A DNA stretch of 64,000 nt from Rebecca billardiae RCC1528 (taxonomy: Eukaryota > Protista > Haptophyta), in assembly GCA_965240325.2 (NCBI GenBank), contig OZ251224.1, positions 4,092,001 to 4,156,000 of the forward strand. The letters are read 5' to 3'. Positions 49,244 to 61,600 of the stretch are shown here, piece after piece. The notes below the pieces were generated by a model. It ran no database searches. It saw nothing but the letters and a program-made list of their open reading frames with translations, and was not told the DNA's origin. Both the position numbers and the translations under genes were made by a program. The number at the start of each line of letters is the position of its first letter. Position 1 is the first letter of the stretch.

Positions 49244-50870
49244 CGACGACGACGAGGCCGCCGCACGCGCCCGGCGTGGGCAGCGGCTTGGGCAGGGGCA
49301 ACCGCTCGGGCCCTCCGACGCGCACGGCACGGCGGCGGAGAGCTCGGCCGGCGGCGGCTCCGCGCTGGGCTCGCAGCCGCTGTGGCGGCTCGTGCCGCTG
49401 TGGCTCGGCGGGCTCGCCGCCTCCGCCGGCCTCGGCGTCGCCGCCGCGCGCGTGACGCTGATGACGCTGCCCCCGCTCGGCGGCGGCGCGCACGGAGACG
49501 CAGCGATCGCGCTCACGGCGGTGCCGGTGGTGCTGGTGGTGGGCGGCTCGGCGGTGGGCGTGGCGGTGACGTCGGCGCTGTGGCGGTACGCGGCGACGGG
49601 CGAGGCCATGCCCGCGCCGCTCGTCTCCGCCGTGCGCGCGGCCGGCCTCTCGCGGCTGCGCGTGCGGCCGCGCGCGGTCGCAAACCTCGCGCGCGCGTTC
49701 GCGCAGGTCGATGCGGCCGCGCCGCGCGCGTTCCGCTCGCTCGCGGAGCGGCTGGTGGGTGAGGACGCGCGGCTGGGCGAGGTGAACGCGCACAACCTCG
49801 CGTGCCTCGCGTGGGCCTTCTCCGACGCCGGCGTCCACCCGCCGCGCGACTTCTTCCCCATGATCTCGACGCATGTCGTGCGCAAGCTGAGCGACGCGCA
49901 GCCGCGCGCGCTCGAGCGGCTGGCCCACGCGTTCCCGAGGGCGCGCCAGCTGGACGAGCGGCTGATCGACGCGCTGGGGCACGAGCTGCGGCGGCGGCAG
50001 TTCGCCGTGCCCTCGTCGTGCCTCGCCGCGTGCGCGTGGGCCGCCGCGGTCACGTACGGCGGGCGCGCGGCGGGCTCGGGCTCGGGCGAGCGCGCGGGCG
50101 CGCACGACTCGGCCGACGCCGTCGCGGCCGCTGCGGCCAAGGCGGGCGCGCCGGGCACGGCGGCCAACCTCGCGGCGGAGGTGGCGGCGGCGACGGTGGA
50201 TGGGCGGATGGACGGCGAGCTGCGGCCGCGCGACGCGGTCGTGCTGCTCTGGTCCCTCGTCGTCAGCGCCTCCTTCGAGCCGCGCGACGCGTGGGTCGCC
50301 GCGTGGGCCGAGGCGACCAGGACGGACGCCGCGCTGCGCACGGCCGAGGCGGCCATGCTGTGGCAGGTCGACCTCAGCCTCGAGCTCGAGGCGCCGGCGG
50401 AGCTGCGCGAGGCGCTGCGGCCGCGGCCCGAGCTGCTCGCGCGGGGCGAGGCGGCGCTGCGCGGCTCGCCCATCGTCGAGAGCCTCACGCAGCGCGCGGT
50501 CGCGCGCGACCTCGCCGCCCTCTTCCTGCGGCATGCGCACGTCGAGCTGTCGACCGAGCACCGTGTGCTGGACGGCGCGTACGCCATCGACATTGCGCTC
50601 TGGTCGCGCACGCAGCCGGAGCGGCGCATCGCGATCGAGGTGGACGGGCCGACGCACTTCCTGGGCGAGCCGCCCCACGCGCGGCCGACGGGCAAGACCG
50701 CGCTCAAGCGGCGGCAGCTCCGCCGCCTCGGCTGGGACGTGGTGCAGGTGCCGTACTGGGAGTGGAGCGCGGTCGCGGCACAGCAGCGCGCGGCGCGGCT
50801 CGCCTACCTCGAGCGCAAGCTCGAGCCCGCGGCGTGGCCCGAGCTGCTGCCCGGCCTGCGCCAGCGGTGA
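48279..50870 (+). CDS. RAP-domain, helical-repeat organellar RNA-binding protein with hydrophobic inserts
   Basis: C-terminal IDIAL...IAIEVDGPTHF...TGKTALKRRQLRRLGWDVVQVPYWEW; FDSINVSTTWHRL; NAHNLACLAWAF; Arg-rich transit-like N-terminus. Confidence 0.85.
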
Positions 50871-51125
50871 CGACGTGGTGGCGGCGACGGTGCGCGGCAG
50901 CTGGCAGGCGTGTTTCGTTGCCAGTCCTCGCCATCGGCAGCGAAGCAAACTTGGCGGCTGGTGCCTCGGCGGTGTTCTGAGTCGCCACCAACGACGGCGG
51001 GCGCGCGGCGCTTGTGAACAGCAGCTGATCGATGAAGAAATAAAAAATGCCGGCCGGCGGCATTTCTTGCGCCACGGGGCTTGAGTGAGAACGGCGTTGT
51101 CGGCTGTGGATGGCCTTCGAGCCCG

Positions 51126-53639
51126 ATGGCGGGGCGGGGCGGACGCCACCATTGCGCTGCGCGCCAAGCCGGGCTAGCGCCACCGCTCGTCGCGCTGGGC
51201 GTGGGGATACTCTGCATGCGCGTGTCGGACGCCACCTCGTCCGCCACTGCGCCCCTCGCCGGCGCGTCTCACCCGGCCGCGCCCGCGCCGCCTGGCGAGG
51301 ACAGCGATTTGTCGGCCGCGGCCCCCGCCGGGTACGACCCGGCGTTCCCGCTGCCGTACCGGTACGACTACCCCGCGCAGTACTCGTACCACGGGCACTT
51401 CCCGAAGGGCTTCTCGTGGGGCATCGCCACGAGCAGCTACCAGGTCGAGGGCGCGCTTGAGGTGGGCGGGCGCGGGCTGTCCATCTGGGACACGTTCACC
51501 GGCGCGGACGGCGGCACGCCCAACCCGGCGATGGGCGGGGCGAGCGGGCAGACGGGCTCGGTCTCGAGCGACCACTACCACAAGTTCAAGGAGGACGTCG
51601 CGCTCGTCAAGAAGCTCGGCCTCAAGACCTACCGCTTCAGCATCGCGTGGCCGCGCATCCTGCCGAACGGCACGGTGCCGGCGTCGCGCGCCGTGAACGC
51701 CGAGGGCGTCGACTTCTACAACGCGCTGATCGACGAGCTGCTGCTCGCCGGCATCGAGCCGCAGGCGACGCTGTACCACTGGGACCTCCCGCAGGCGCTG
51801 CTCAACGATCCGGCGCGCGGCTACCCCAGCGAGTACCGCGGCTGGCTCGACGAGCGGCTGCCATCGCTGTTTGCCGAGTACGCGCGCGTGTGCTTCAGCG
51901 CGTTCGGCGACCGCGTCAAGACGTGGTACACGCTGGAGGAGCCGTACACGTTCGCGGTGCTGGGGCACGCGGGCGCGCACGCGCCCTCGCTGTGCAACTG
52001 GGCGCTCGACGGCTGCGCCGGCGGCGAGCGCCCGGCGCAGGGCTTCGACGTGTACACGGCCGGGCACCACGCGCTCCTCGCGCACGCCGCGGCCGCGCGA
52101 GTGTACCGCTCCGAGTTTGCGCCTGCGCAGAAGGGGCGCGTGGGGATCGTGCTCTCGGCGGAGTGGCACGAGCCCGCGACGCACAGCGCGGCCGACGTCC
52201 TCGCCGCCGAGCGCGCCAACCTCTTCCAGCTCGGCTGGTTCGCCGACCCGATCTTCGGCGGGCAGGGCGACTACCCGGCGCAGATGCGCGCGGCGCTTGG
52301 CGAGCGGCTGCCGACGCTGAGCGCCAAGCAGCGCGCCGAGCTCAACGGCAGCGCGGACGTGTTCGGGCTGAGCCACTTCACCTCGCGGCTGGCGTTCGAG
52401 CAGCCCGTCGGCGAGGACTACGGCACGCGCGCCAACCCGTACAGCCACGCGCGCGACTGCCAGTGCGGCCTGTACGCGCACGAGGGCTGGGTGCGCGCGC
52501 GCGCGCTGCCGTGGGCGCGTGCGGTGCCGTGGGGCGTGCGCAAGCTGCTCGGGTGGGTGCACAGGCGGTACGCGCCGCAGCACGTGGTGCTGGCGAAGAG
52601 CGGCTGGCCGCTCGCCGCCGAGGAGGTCAAGGACGGCCTCCACGACCCCGAGCGCATCGGGTACCTCGCCAACTACACGAGCGAGCTGCGCAGGGTGCGC
52701 GCGCACGCGCGACCGCGCGCGTCGCCGCCGCACGGCGCGCGGCGCGAGCGAGCGCACCCGGCGCTCGTGCGCCCGGCGAGCCCGTGCGGCGGCGCGTGAC
52801 GCCGGGACGGCGCGACCGCGCGTGCGCGCGCGGACGCGGCCGCGGCGCAGGCGATCAACGACGACGGCGTGAACGTGCGCGGCTTCCACGCGTGGTCCCT
52901 CGTCGACAGCTTCGAGTGGAGCGCCGGGTACACGCCGCGGTTTGGGCTCGCCTTTGTCGACTTCAGCTCGGCGGCGCGCGAGCGCTCGGTCAAGACCTCC
53001 GCGTGCTGGCTCTCCGCACTGGCGCGCGCCAACGCACTCGTCGACCCCGCGCCGTTCATCGCGCTGAAGGAGCGCAAGGTGGAGCATCGGCCGACCTTCC
53101 GGCAGATGCTCGAAGGGCGCGGCCAGATGGCGCTGTGGCAGCGGGTGCGCGCGCGTGCGCCCGAGCCCGCGCCCGTCAGCGCGCCGCGGCTGACAGCAGC
53201 CGTGCGCGCCGCCCCGCCGACCCGCGCCGCTGCTCGGCCGTGGCGGCGTCGCCAGGGGTACGCGGACGACGACACGCAGCTGCTGGGCATGTGCAACCTG
53301 TACATGAGCACGTCCAACCCCTTGTCCTGGGCCATCTTCTCCGACAAGTTTGTCGACGAGATCTTCCTCGCGCTCGGCGTCGTGATTGTGGCGTGCATGT
53401 GCGTGTTCGTGAACCGCTTCATCGTGCTCGACGCGCGCGCGTGCTTCCGGATGCACGGCCGGCGGCACGCGCGCATCGTCGAGCGCGTGGAGGTGCGCGG
53501 TGACGGGGGCCATGCGAGCCACGCGCCAGGCGTCGCGGCGCGCGCCGCCGGTACGGGCGCGAGAGACCGCTCGTCCGCGGCGGGCCCGTCCGCAGAGCCT
53601 GAGGATGGGAATGGTGTCTACCGGGAGATGCTCGGATGA
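51126..53639 (+). CDS. Membrane-anchored glycoside hydrolase family 1 protein lacking the nucleophile Glu; introns 52695-52850 and 53145-53255
   Basis: FSWGIATSSYQVEG, YRFSIAWPRILP, TLYHWDLPQ, GFHAWSLVDSFEWSAGYTPRFGL; TLEEP in place of TFNEP and LAKSG in place of ITENG; C-terminal TM. Confidence 0.9.
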
Positions 53640-53913
53640 CGCCTGACGAATGTATAACTCTATAGGCCGCACATCAGAACTTTGATTGATGTCGTCAACG
53701 CGGTCCGGAGCTTGCTGATGATGCTGCGCGCTGACAATTCTTCTGCTCGTCGTCTCTCGACGACGGTGTGACTGTCAGCAGCGGTCGGCATCAGCCGGTC
53801 CCGGTGGCGGCTGGCCGCCGCGCCCGCGGCAGGCGGCGGCAGCCCAGTGACAGCATGAGCAGTGACGCACAATGATGTCGTATATATGTATAGTATATCG
53901 TCACTCGTCTAAA

Positions 53914-53947
53914 TCTACGGAAAAGGACCGCGGAATAACGCGGTCAT
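53914..53947 (+). mobile_element. Solo 3'-terminal hairpin remnant of the Helitron2-like family
   Basis: TCTACGGAAAAGGACCGCGGAA(TAA)CGCGGTCAT, identical to 42941-42971 apart from a 3-nt loop insertion. Confidence 0.65.
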
Positions 53948-54024
53948 ATGTTTATCGTCCGCCGTCTCATCTTCGGCCAACGTTCATCACTGGTAATGGT
54001 TCACAAGCCAGTGCCAGGCCGGTG

Positions 54025-55481
54025 CTATTCGTTGAGCTGCGAGATGAGCGCCGCGCCTCGCCGCACCCAGTGGCCCGCCTCGAGCGCGCTCGGGATGTCG
54101 AAGTTGCACACGTGGTTGGTCGAGTGGCCGGTGGTCGAGAGCGTGCCCGCGCGCACGTTGGTCTTGTAGAACGGGCACTCGTACGTGCCGTCGGGCTTGG
54201 GCTCGTCGATCATCTTGGGCTGGAGCCAGAGCACGGGCACGAGCGCGAAGAGCTCGCCCGGGTGCGACTCGTCGATGTGCCCGTCGACCGCGTTCCACCG
54301 CGCGCCCTCCATGTACATGCCGTGGATGTACACGCCGTTCTCGGGCGGCGTGGGCGTGTCGAAGACGCCCATCGACTTCATCACCTGCGCGCGGAAGAGC
54401 AGCTGGTCGATCGGCAGCATGTGCTTGCGCGCGTGCGCCTGCAGCGCGGAGGTGAAGAAGCCCTGCGGGAAGAAGAAGCTCGAGATCCAGAACGTCGTCG
54501 GCGGCCCGTCCGCCAGCCACCTGTGCAAAAAGTCGACGCGCTCGACAAAGTCCTTGAACCACGACGAGAGCGGCTTGAGCGACGGGTAGCCGCGCCCGTT
54601 CTCGCCCCACGGCCCGGGCACCTGCTGGAAGAGGAAGTTGGCGTACATCGCGTCGAGCTCGGCGGACATGACGACCAGCCCCTTGATCGCGCGGCCGAGC
54701 TCGCGGAGCATCGACGCCATCTGGCCGATCAGCCGGTTCATCTTGTGCATCTCGTGCTGCAGGAAGATGCCGAGCGGGTTGATCGAGCCGTCCGCCAGCT
54801 TGCGGAACACGAGGTGGTGCGCCTCCTTCTTCTGCAGCTGCGGCGGCATCTGCCGGCCGAGGTCAGCCGCCATCTCGGCGACGATCTCGTCGTTCGACTT
54901 GCCCGCGCCGCCGCTCGACGTGCGCGGCTGCACCGCGATGATCGCGTCGGCGATGTCCTTGCTCTCCTTCTGCTGCGACGAGATGTCCGCGTTCTGGTGC
55001 AGCCCAAAGATCTCAGGCCGGTCGACGAGCGGGAACGAGCCGATGTACTTGCGGTAGCTCTCGAGCGGCCCCTCGTGCGGCGCGGCGTATCTGAAGCGCA
55101 CGTCGAGCTGCGGGCAGTACGACTCGTGCTGCTCGACCGCGCCCTTGTTGAAGAAGGCCTCGAGCACGGTGCGCGCGGTGCGCACGTCCATCTTGTCGGT
55201 GATGCGCCCGCCAAACACGATGTCCGCCGTCACCGTCATCAGCGCCTGCGTGCCAACGCGGCGGCGGCGGGTGGCGGGCGGCGGGCGGCTCGTGAGCACG
55301 CGCGGGAGCGGCGCGCCCTCCCGCCCGCCCGAGCGCAGCGCGGCGCGGTGCGGTGCGCGCGCTGGGCGGTGCCGGGGCGTATCGCACACAGCGCCACACA
55401 GACCCGCGCACCCACGCACCCGCGCGCACACGCACACGCACGCAGACGCAGACGCAGACGCATACACACACACACACACAC

Positions 55482-55522
<41 letters not shown>

Positions 55523-55551
55523 CACACGCACGCACACGCACACGCACACGC

Positions 55552-55592
<41 letters not shown>

Positions 55593-55602
55593 CACACACA
55601 CG

Positions 55603-55637
<35 letters not shown>

Positions 55638-58600
55638 ACACACGCACACACACACACACGCACACGCACACACACACACACACACGCACACGCACACACA
55701 CGCACACGCACACACACACACACACACGCACACGCACACGCACACACACACACACACACGCACACACGCACACGCACACACACCTCGTACGGCGTCTCCG
55801 GCTGCTCGTCGATGTACATCTTGAGGTTCTGCTGCGCGGTCTGCAGGTCGGAGGTCATCCACTGGTACGGGATGTTCCACCCGACCGCGCCGTACTTGCG
55901 CCGCTCCTGGATCACCGCGTTGAAGAAGGCGAGGCCGAACATCATGTTCTTGTACACCGCAGGCCGCGCGGAGGACTCAAACACCTGTGCGCGCGCGAGA
56001 GGGCGAGAGGGCGCGCGCGTGGGCGCGTGCGTGCGTGAGCACGCGCGCAGACGCCCATGCCCTGCGGGCCTGTGCCCCGCGCCCCGCGCCGCTGTGCCGC
56101 GCCGCGCTGCGCTGTGGCCAGCGCGTGCGGTGCGCGCGCGTGGCCTGCTGCGCGCGTGCTGTGCGTGCGCGTGCGCGTGCGCGTGAGCGTGCGGTCGCGT
56201 GGTCGCGCGGTGCGCGCACCTTCTCGTCGAGCTCCTGGTAGGAGCGCGAGAGGTTGGCCTTGAGCCCCTTGGGCGGCTCGATGGTGAGCTTGAGCGAGTT
56301 CTGCAGCACCGTCACCGGGAACTTGCCCGTGGGCATCGTCGTGAGCCACAGCCGGAAGTCCTCGTTCAGCTCGCCCTCGGGCGCGTCGCGCAGCTCCTCG
56401 AGCTTGCGGTCGAGCGTGGGCAGCCACGACTCTGCGAGGTGGCAGTTCTGCAGGCAGAGCCAGCCGCCCTCCGCCTTGGCCTGGTCGAGGAGGCGCTCGG
56501 CGATCGGCCCCTGCCCCTGCCCGAGCGAGATCAGGTGCAGGTTCGAGCCGAGCTCGTACCCCTGCGCCTTGGCCAGCTGGAAGAGGTACTGCGTGGGGTC
56601 GGCGCCCGAGACGAGCACAAAGATGAGTGGCGTGCGCGCGGCAGAGTCCTTGTACGTCGCCTGCGAGCGCGGCGCGGCGCGGCGCGGCGCGGGCGGGGGT
56701 GAGGCGATGCGCGCCGAGGGTGGAGGCTGGCCGACGCACGGGCGTGCGCGGCCGAGCGCAGCGCCGCCCCCCCCTCCCTCGTCCCCGCACGCGCCCCGCC
56801 CTTGCGCCCATCGCAGCAGCGGTGGCGCGCGCGCGCAGCCCGCGGCCCGCTGGTGTGCTGGCTGGAGGGCGCGCGCACCTCGAGGTCAAAGCCGGGCGCC
56901 TCGACGAACTCGTCGCCCAGCCGTGCGCCGATGAAGACGGTTGTGCCGAACACCACCTTCTCCGGCCTGCGCGCACACGGCAGCGCACGGCAGCGCAGCG
57001 CAGCGCGCGGCACGGCGGCGCCCCGGCGGACCGAGCGCCGCGTGAGTCCGGGCCGCGCGTCCGGGCCGCGCGCGCCGGCGGCGGCGGCCGGCCGCGCGGG
57101 GGCCCGCGCGCCACGCGCTGCGCCTGCACGCGCGCGCGCGCGCGCGCACCTGAGCAGCTTGAGCACCAGCAGCTTCTGGAAGGGCCGCAGCTTGCTCTCC
57201 CAAGGCTCGGGCAGCGGCGCGCTCTGCGGCGCCTCCGCCAGGAAGAAATCCTGCGGGCAGCGGGGGGCGCAGCGCGCGCGGCGCGGGCGGGGCGCGTGAG
57301 CGAGCGAGCGGGTGCGCCGCGCCGCCGCTTCGGTCGCGCGGGCGCGTGGCCGCGCTCGCTCGCTCGCTCCGCGCGCGCGGCCGCGCGCGCGCGGCGCGGC
57401 GCGCGCGCGGCGCGGCCGCGGTGTCGCTCCGCGCGCGCGGCACGGCCACGCACCCGCCACTTGACGAGGTTCCTCGAGACGTGCTCGGCGATGCCGAAGA
57501 GCGCGGTGATCTCGTCGGCCGCGCAGAGGAACGACCACGCGCGCTCGTCCAGCCAGCTCGCGTCGTCGCCCACCGGCCGCTTCAGGTGCGGCACGCCGAG
57601 CACAGCCGGCTGCAGGAAGAGCTGCCACTCGGCGGCGCTCACCTCGCCGCCGTGCCGGGCAATCTGCACGGCCACCATGAACGCGAAGAGCGCCTTGTGC
57701 CGCTCGAAGAGGCCGCGGCAGATCATGACGTACATCGCGCGCGTGATCGCGTCGATCAGGATCCCGAGCCGCTCCTGCAGCTCCAGCGCCTGCGGCGCCG
57801 CCGTGATCGTGTTGGCGAAGATCTGCTTGAAGTAGGGCAGGGAGTATTGGTACATGGCGTCGATCGTCGCAAAGTCGGCGACCACGAAGTAGATGATCGA
57901 GCCGCGCGACGCGACGGGGCGGTACTCCTCGCGCGCGAGGTCGATCTCCTTCGACGTCTCCTCCGCGGCGGACACCGCCACCTCCGTCTCGGACGACGTC
58001 TTCTTCGACGAGTCGAGCGTGTTGATCAGGTCCTCGTCGTCGAGGATGTTGCCCGACGCCTCGGCGAGCATCTTGAGGATCTTGTCCTCGAGCTCCGCCA
58101 TCGTGCGCCGCCCCGAGGCGATGGTGAGCACGAGCTTCTCCTTGCGCTCCTCCAGGTCGGGCCGCTCGAGCGCCGCGCACTCGGCGAGCAGCTGGTTCTC
58201 CAGCCCGGAGAAGGTGACGGTGAAGTTGACGACGGTCACCTTGATACAGATCTCCGGCGGGTAGTGCGGGTTGGCGAGCTTAGACGTCACGTAGAGCTTG
58301 AAGTCGTCCGAGTAGTCCACGTCGGTGTCGCCGATGCGGATGAGCGTGCGCCCCGCCTGCTTGAACACCTGCTTGAGCAGCACCGGGTCGAGCGACGGCT
58401 CGAGCGCCTGCTCCACGTTCTCGAGCAGCACGGGCAGCCCGACGCGGATCGCGCTCTCGAGCTTGCGCAAGTAGTCTGGCTGCGAGAGCTTGGTGAGCAC
58501 GAGCTTGTTGTCGCGCTCCATCCGCTTGATCCACGAGTTGGCCTGGCCCTGCGGGTCGATCATGAGGGGCCAGCGGCGCGAGCGCGTGACGAAGATCCCG

Positions 58601-61600
58601 TTCTCGATCGAGAGCTGGTCGCTCGGCAGCCCGTGCACGCCCCACTCGCGGATGGTGACCGGGTCGCCGAGCACGCCCGTCACCGAGAAGTGCTCCTCGC
58701 ACGGGATCTGCGCGTCGCGCGCCTGCTGCGTCCACTGCTGCGAGAGCTCGGCGCGGTACGTGGCGGTGAACGGGCCCTGGTACGCGATCGCGCCGGACGA
58801 GAGCACCACGTTCCCCACCAGGTTGTCGCGCGACTTCTCCAGCTTGACGCACAGCGACTCCCAGCGCGTGCGCTCTGAGCCGAGCCCGCCGATCAGCTTG
58901 CCCGCGCGCTCGAGCTTCTTGTGCACGTCGTTCTCCTTCTCCTGCAGCTCCTGCGCCTTGCGCTCGGCGGCCTGCAGCTTCTGCCGCAGCGCGCCCACGC
59001 GCGCCTCCACCTCCGCCAGCGCGTCCTGCTTCTCCTTGAGCAGCGACTGCGCCTCCTTGAGCTTGGCGGTCGCGCCGTCGAGCTTGGCGCGCTTGGGCGC
59101 CACCTGCGTCGCGACGCGCGAGTAGGTGTCCATCGCGCGCACCCACATGCACAGCGAGCGCGCGGCGGCGGAGACCTTGCCGACGGTGTCGGGCACGAAG
59201 GAGGGCTTCGACGTGTACCCCTTGCGCACCTTCGAGATCGTCTTCTCCGGGATGTTGTCCTTGTCGAACTCCTGCAGCTTGTTGGTGAAGTCTGTGTCGG
59301 CGAGCAGCTTCTTCGCCTCGCCCCACTCGGGCTTGGCGCCGAGCAGGATGCACACGGCCTCCATCACCATCTGCACGAGGTCGGGCGGCTTGGCGTACGA
59401 CTTGATCTCCTGGATGTCCTTCTTGTCCAGCGCCTTGAGCGCCTCCACCGCCGAGTTGTACGCGGGCATCGCCTCGTCGAGGTCGCGCTGCGCGTCGGCG
59501 GCGATCGCCTGCGCCTCGTTGGCGATCTCGGTCACGGCGGCCTCCTCCTTCGCCGTCTGCTCCTTCACGGCGTCGGCGGCCTTCTGGTCGCGCGCGACCT
59601 CCTCGAGCAGCTTCGCCGTGTCCTTCTGCGCCTGCGCGAGCACCGGCTGCATCTCGGTCAGCTCCACCTTCATCGTGTCCACCACGCGGTTGGTGGCGAT
59701 CAGCTTGTCGACGCCGCCGCGGTACCGCGAGATCTGCTGCGCGATCCGCTCGCGCTGCTCGGCGAGCGTGGTGAGGAAGAGGGTGAGCAGCTCGAGGTAC
59801 GAGGTGGGCGTGGTGTACGTGATGCGGCGCAGCTCGTCGTAGAACCGCGTCGTCGCCTTCGACACCGAGTAGTGGATGCTCACGCACACGTCGCACACGC
59901 CCGCCTTGATCTTGTCGCCGCCGAGGTCGACCGCCGCAAACTGGTGCTGCGCGACCGAGAGCAGCGCCTCCTGCGGCCACTCGTTGAACCAGTCGATGGT
60001 GCAGCAGTTGATGAGCGAGGGGAACATGCGGCAGCGCACGCGGAACGCGTCGCCGATCGGCGACATGCAGATCGCGATGTGCAGGTTCTCGCGCACCAGC
60101 TGCACAAAGTGCGCGTAGATGGCGTCGCGCGTCTCGAGCTTGCCCGCCGCCTTTGCGAGCGGCCGCACCGTCTGCAGCACGCGCTCGAGCTCGTCGGGCT
60201 CGAAGAGGTTGGGCACCTCGCCCGAGTTGAGGATGTTGTTGATGTCCTCGAGGAACGACTCGCGCACGATCTGCGTGTCCGAGAAGTAGAACACCGTCGG
60301 CGTGTCCGCGCCCGCCGCGCCGAGCATCGTCTTGAGGTCCTCTCTGAACGCGGGCTGGTCGTACGTGCGCGTGATCTCGATGTTCATGAACTCCATCTCC
60401 CAGATGGCCGCGGCGAGGCGGGTGAGCGACTGGCGGCCCGAGCCGCCCACGCCGACGAGCAGCGCGTTGCCCCGCGGCGCGCGCAGGATCCGCGCGATCC
60501 GCAGCGCGTGCATGCACGCGTCCTTGAAGAAGACGAGGTTCATCGGCTTGGTCGACGACACGTTGTAGTCGACCAAGTACTCGTCGAACTTGAACTGCGC
60601 CGCCGAGAGCTCGATGGGCTCGTACAGCCGCGCGTCGGCGTCGGCGGCCATGAACGCGCCGTACGCGAGCTCCTCGAACTGCGCCACCTCCCACGCGCGC
60701 TCGAGGTGCGCGCCCAGCCCCTTCCTCACCATCTCGTTGAAGCGGCCGCGGTCGGACGTGTCGACGAGCCGGTCGCGGAAGACGCGCGACATCTCGTGGC
60801 ACCACAGCCGCACGAGGTCGTCGGCGGTGGGGCACTTGGCGGGGGTGATCTGCAGCATGCCCTGCACGACCTTGGACAGGTCGCGCAGGTTGAACGTGTA
60901 GTGCGACTTGGCCGGCGTCGGCAGCATGCTCGAGCACATCTGGTCGTAGATGTCGATGGACGCGGAGATGACGGCGGGCGCGAGCGCCGCCACCTCGGCC
61001 GAGAAGACCGAGAGGAAGCCGGCGAGGATCGAGGTGAAGATGGTGCGCATCGAGTCGGGCGAGAGCAGCGGCACCCAGAGCATCACCATGTGCCGCATCA
61101 GCCGCGGCGTCATCGCGTTCCGCCCGCCGCCCGGCGGGCCGCACGCGGCGATCACCGAGGTGCTCTGCACGCTCTTGAAGAAGTGCTTCTTGAGGTCGTA
61201 GAAGCCGCCCTGGTCGATCGTCTGCCGCAGCAGCTCGATCGGCGGCTGCGCGCCGTACTTCTCGAGCGCGGGCATGTTGATGTCGTCGACGAAGAGCACC
61301 ATCTGCTTGCCCGACGGCGGGCCGAGCAGGTTCTTCCGCAGCTTCTCCAGCTTCGCCTCGAGCAGGTCCTGCACGTTGCGCGCCGACGTCTGCGCGGAGA
61401 AGGTGGACGCGATCGAGACGACGCCCTCGCCCGCGCGCTTGATGAAGTCCTCGACCATCACCGACTTGCCCGTGCCCGTCTCGCCGGCGAGCATGATGTG
61501 CGTGCTGTGCAGCGCGAGCGTGCGCAGCAGGTACGCGTAGCACGTCGTGTCCGTCGTGGGCACGAGGATGTTGAAGAAGGGCTGGTCGCGGTCGTACGCA

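Noticed and set aside
55013-56186. Poly-CV / poly-HT ORFs
   Set aside because: Translations of an intronic CA microsatellite.
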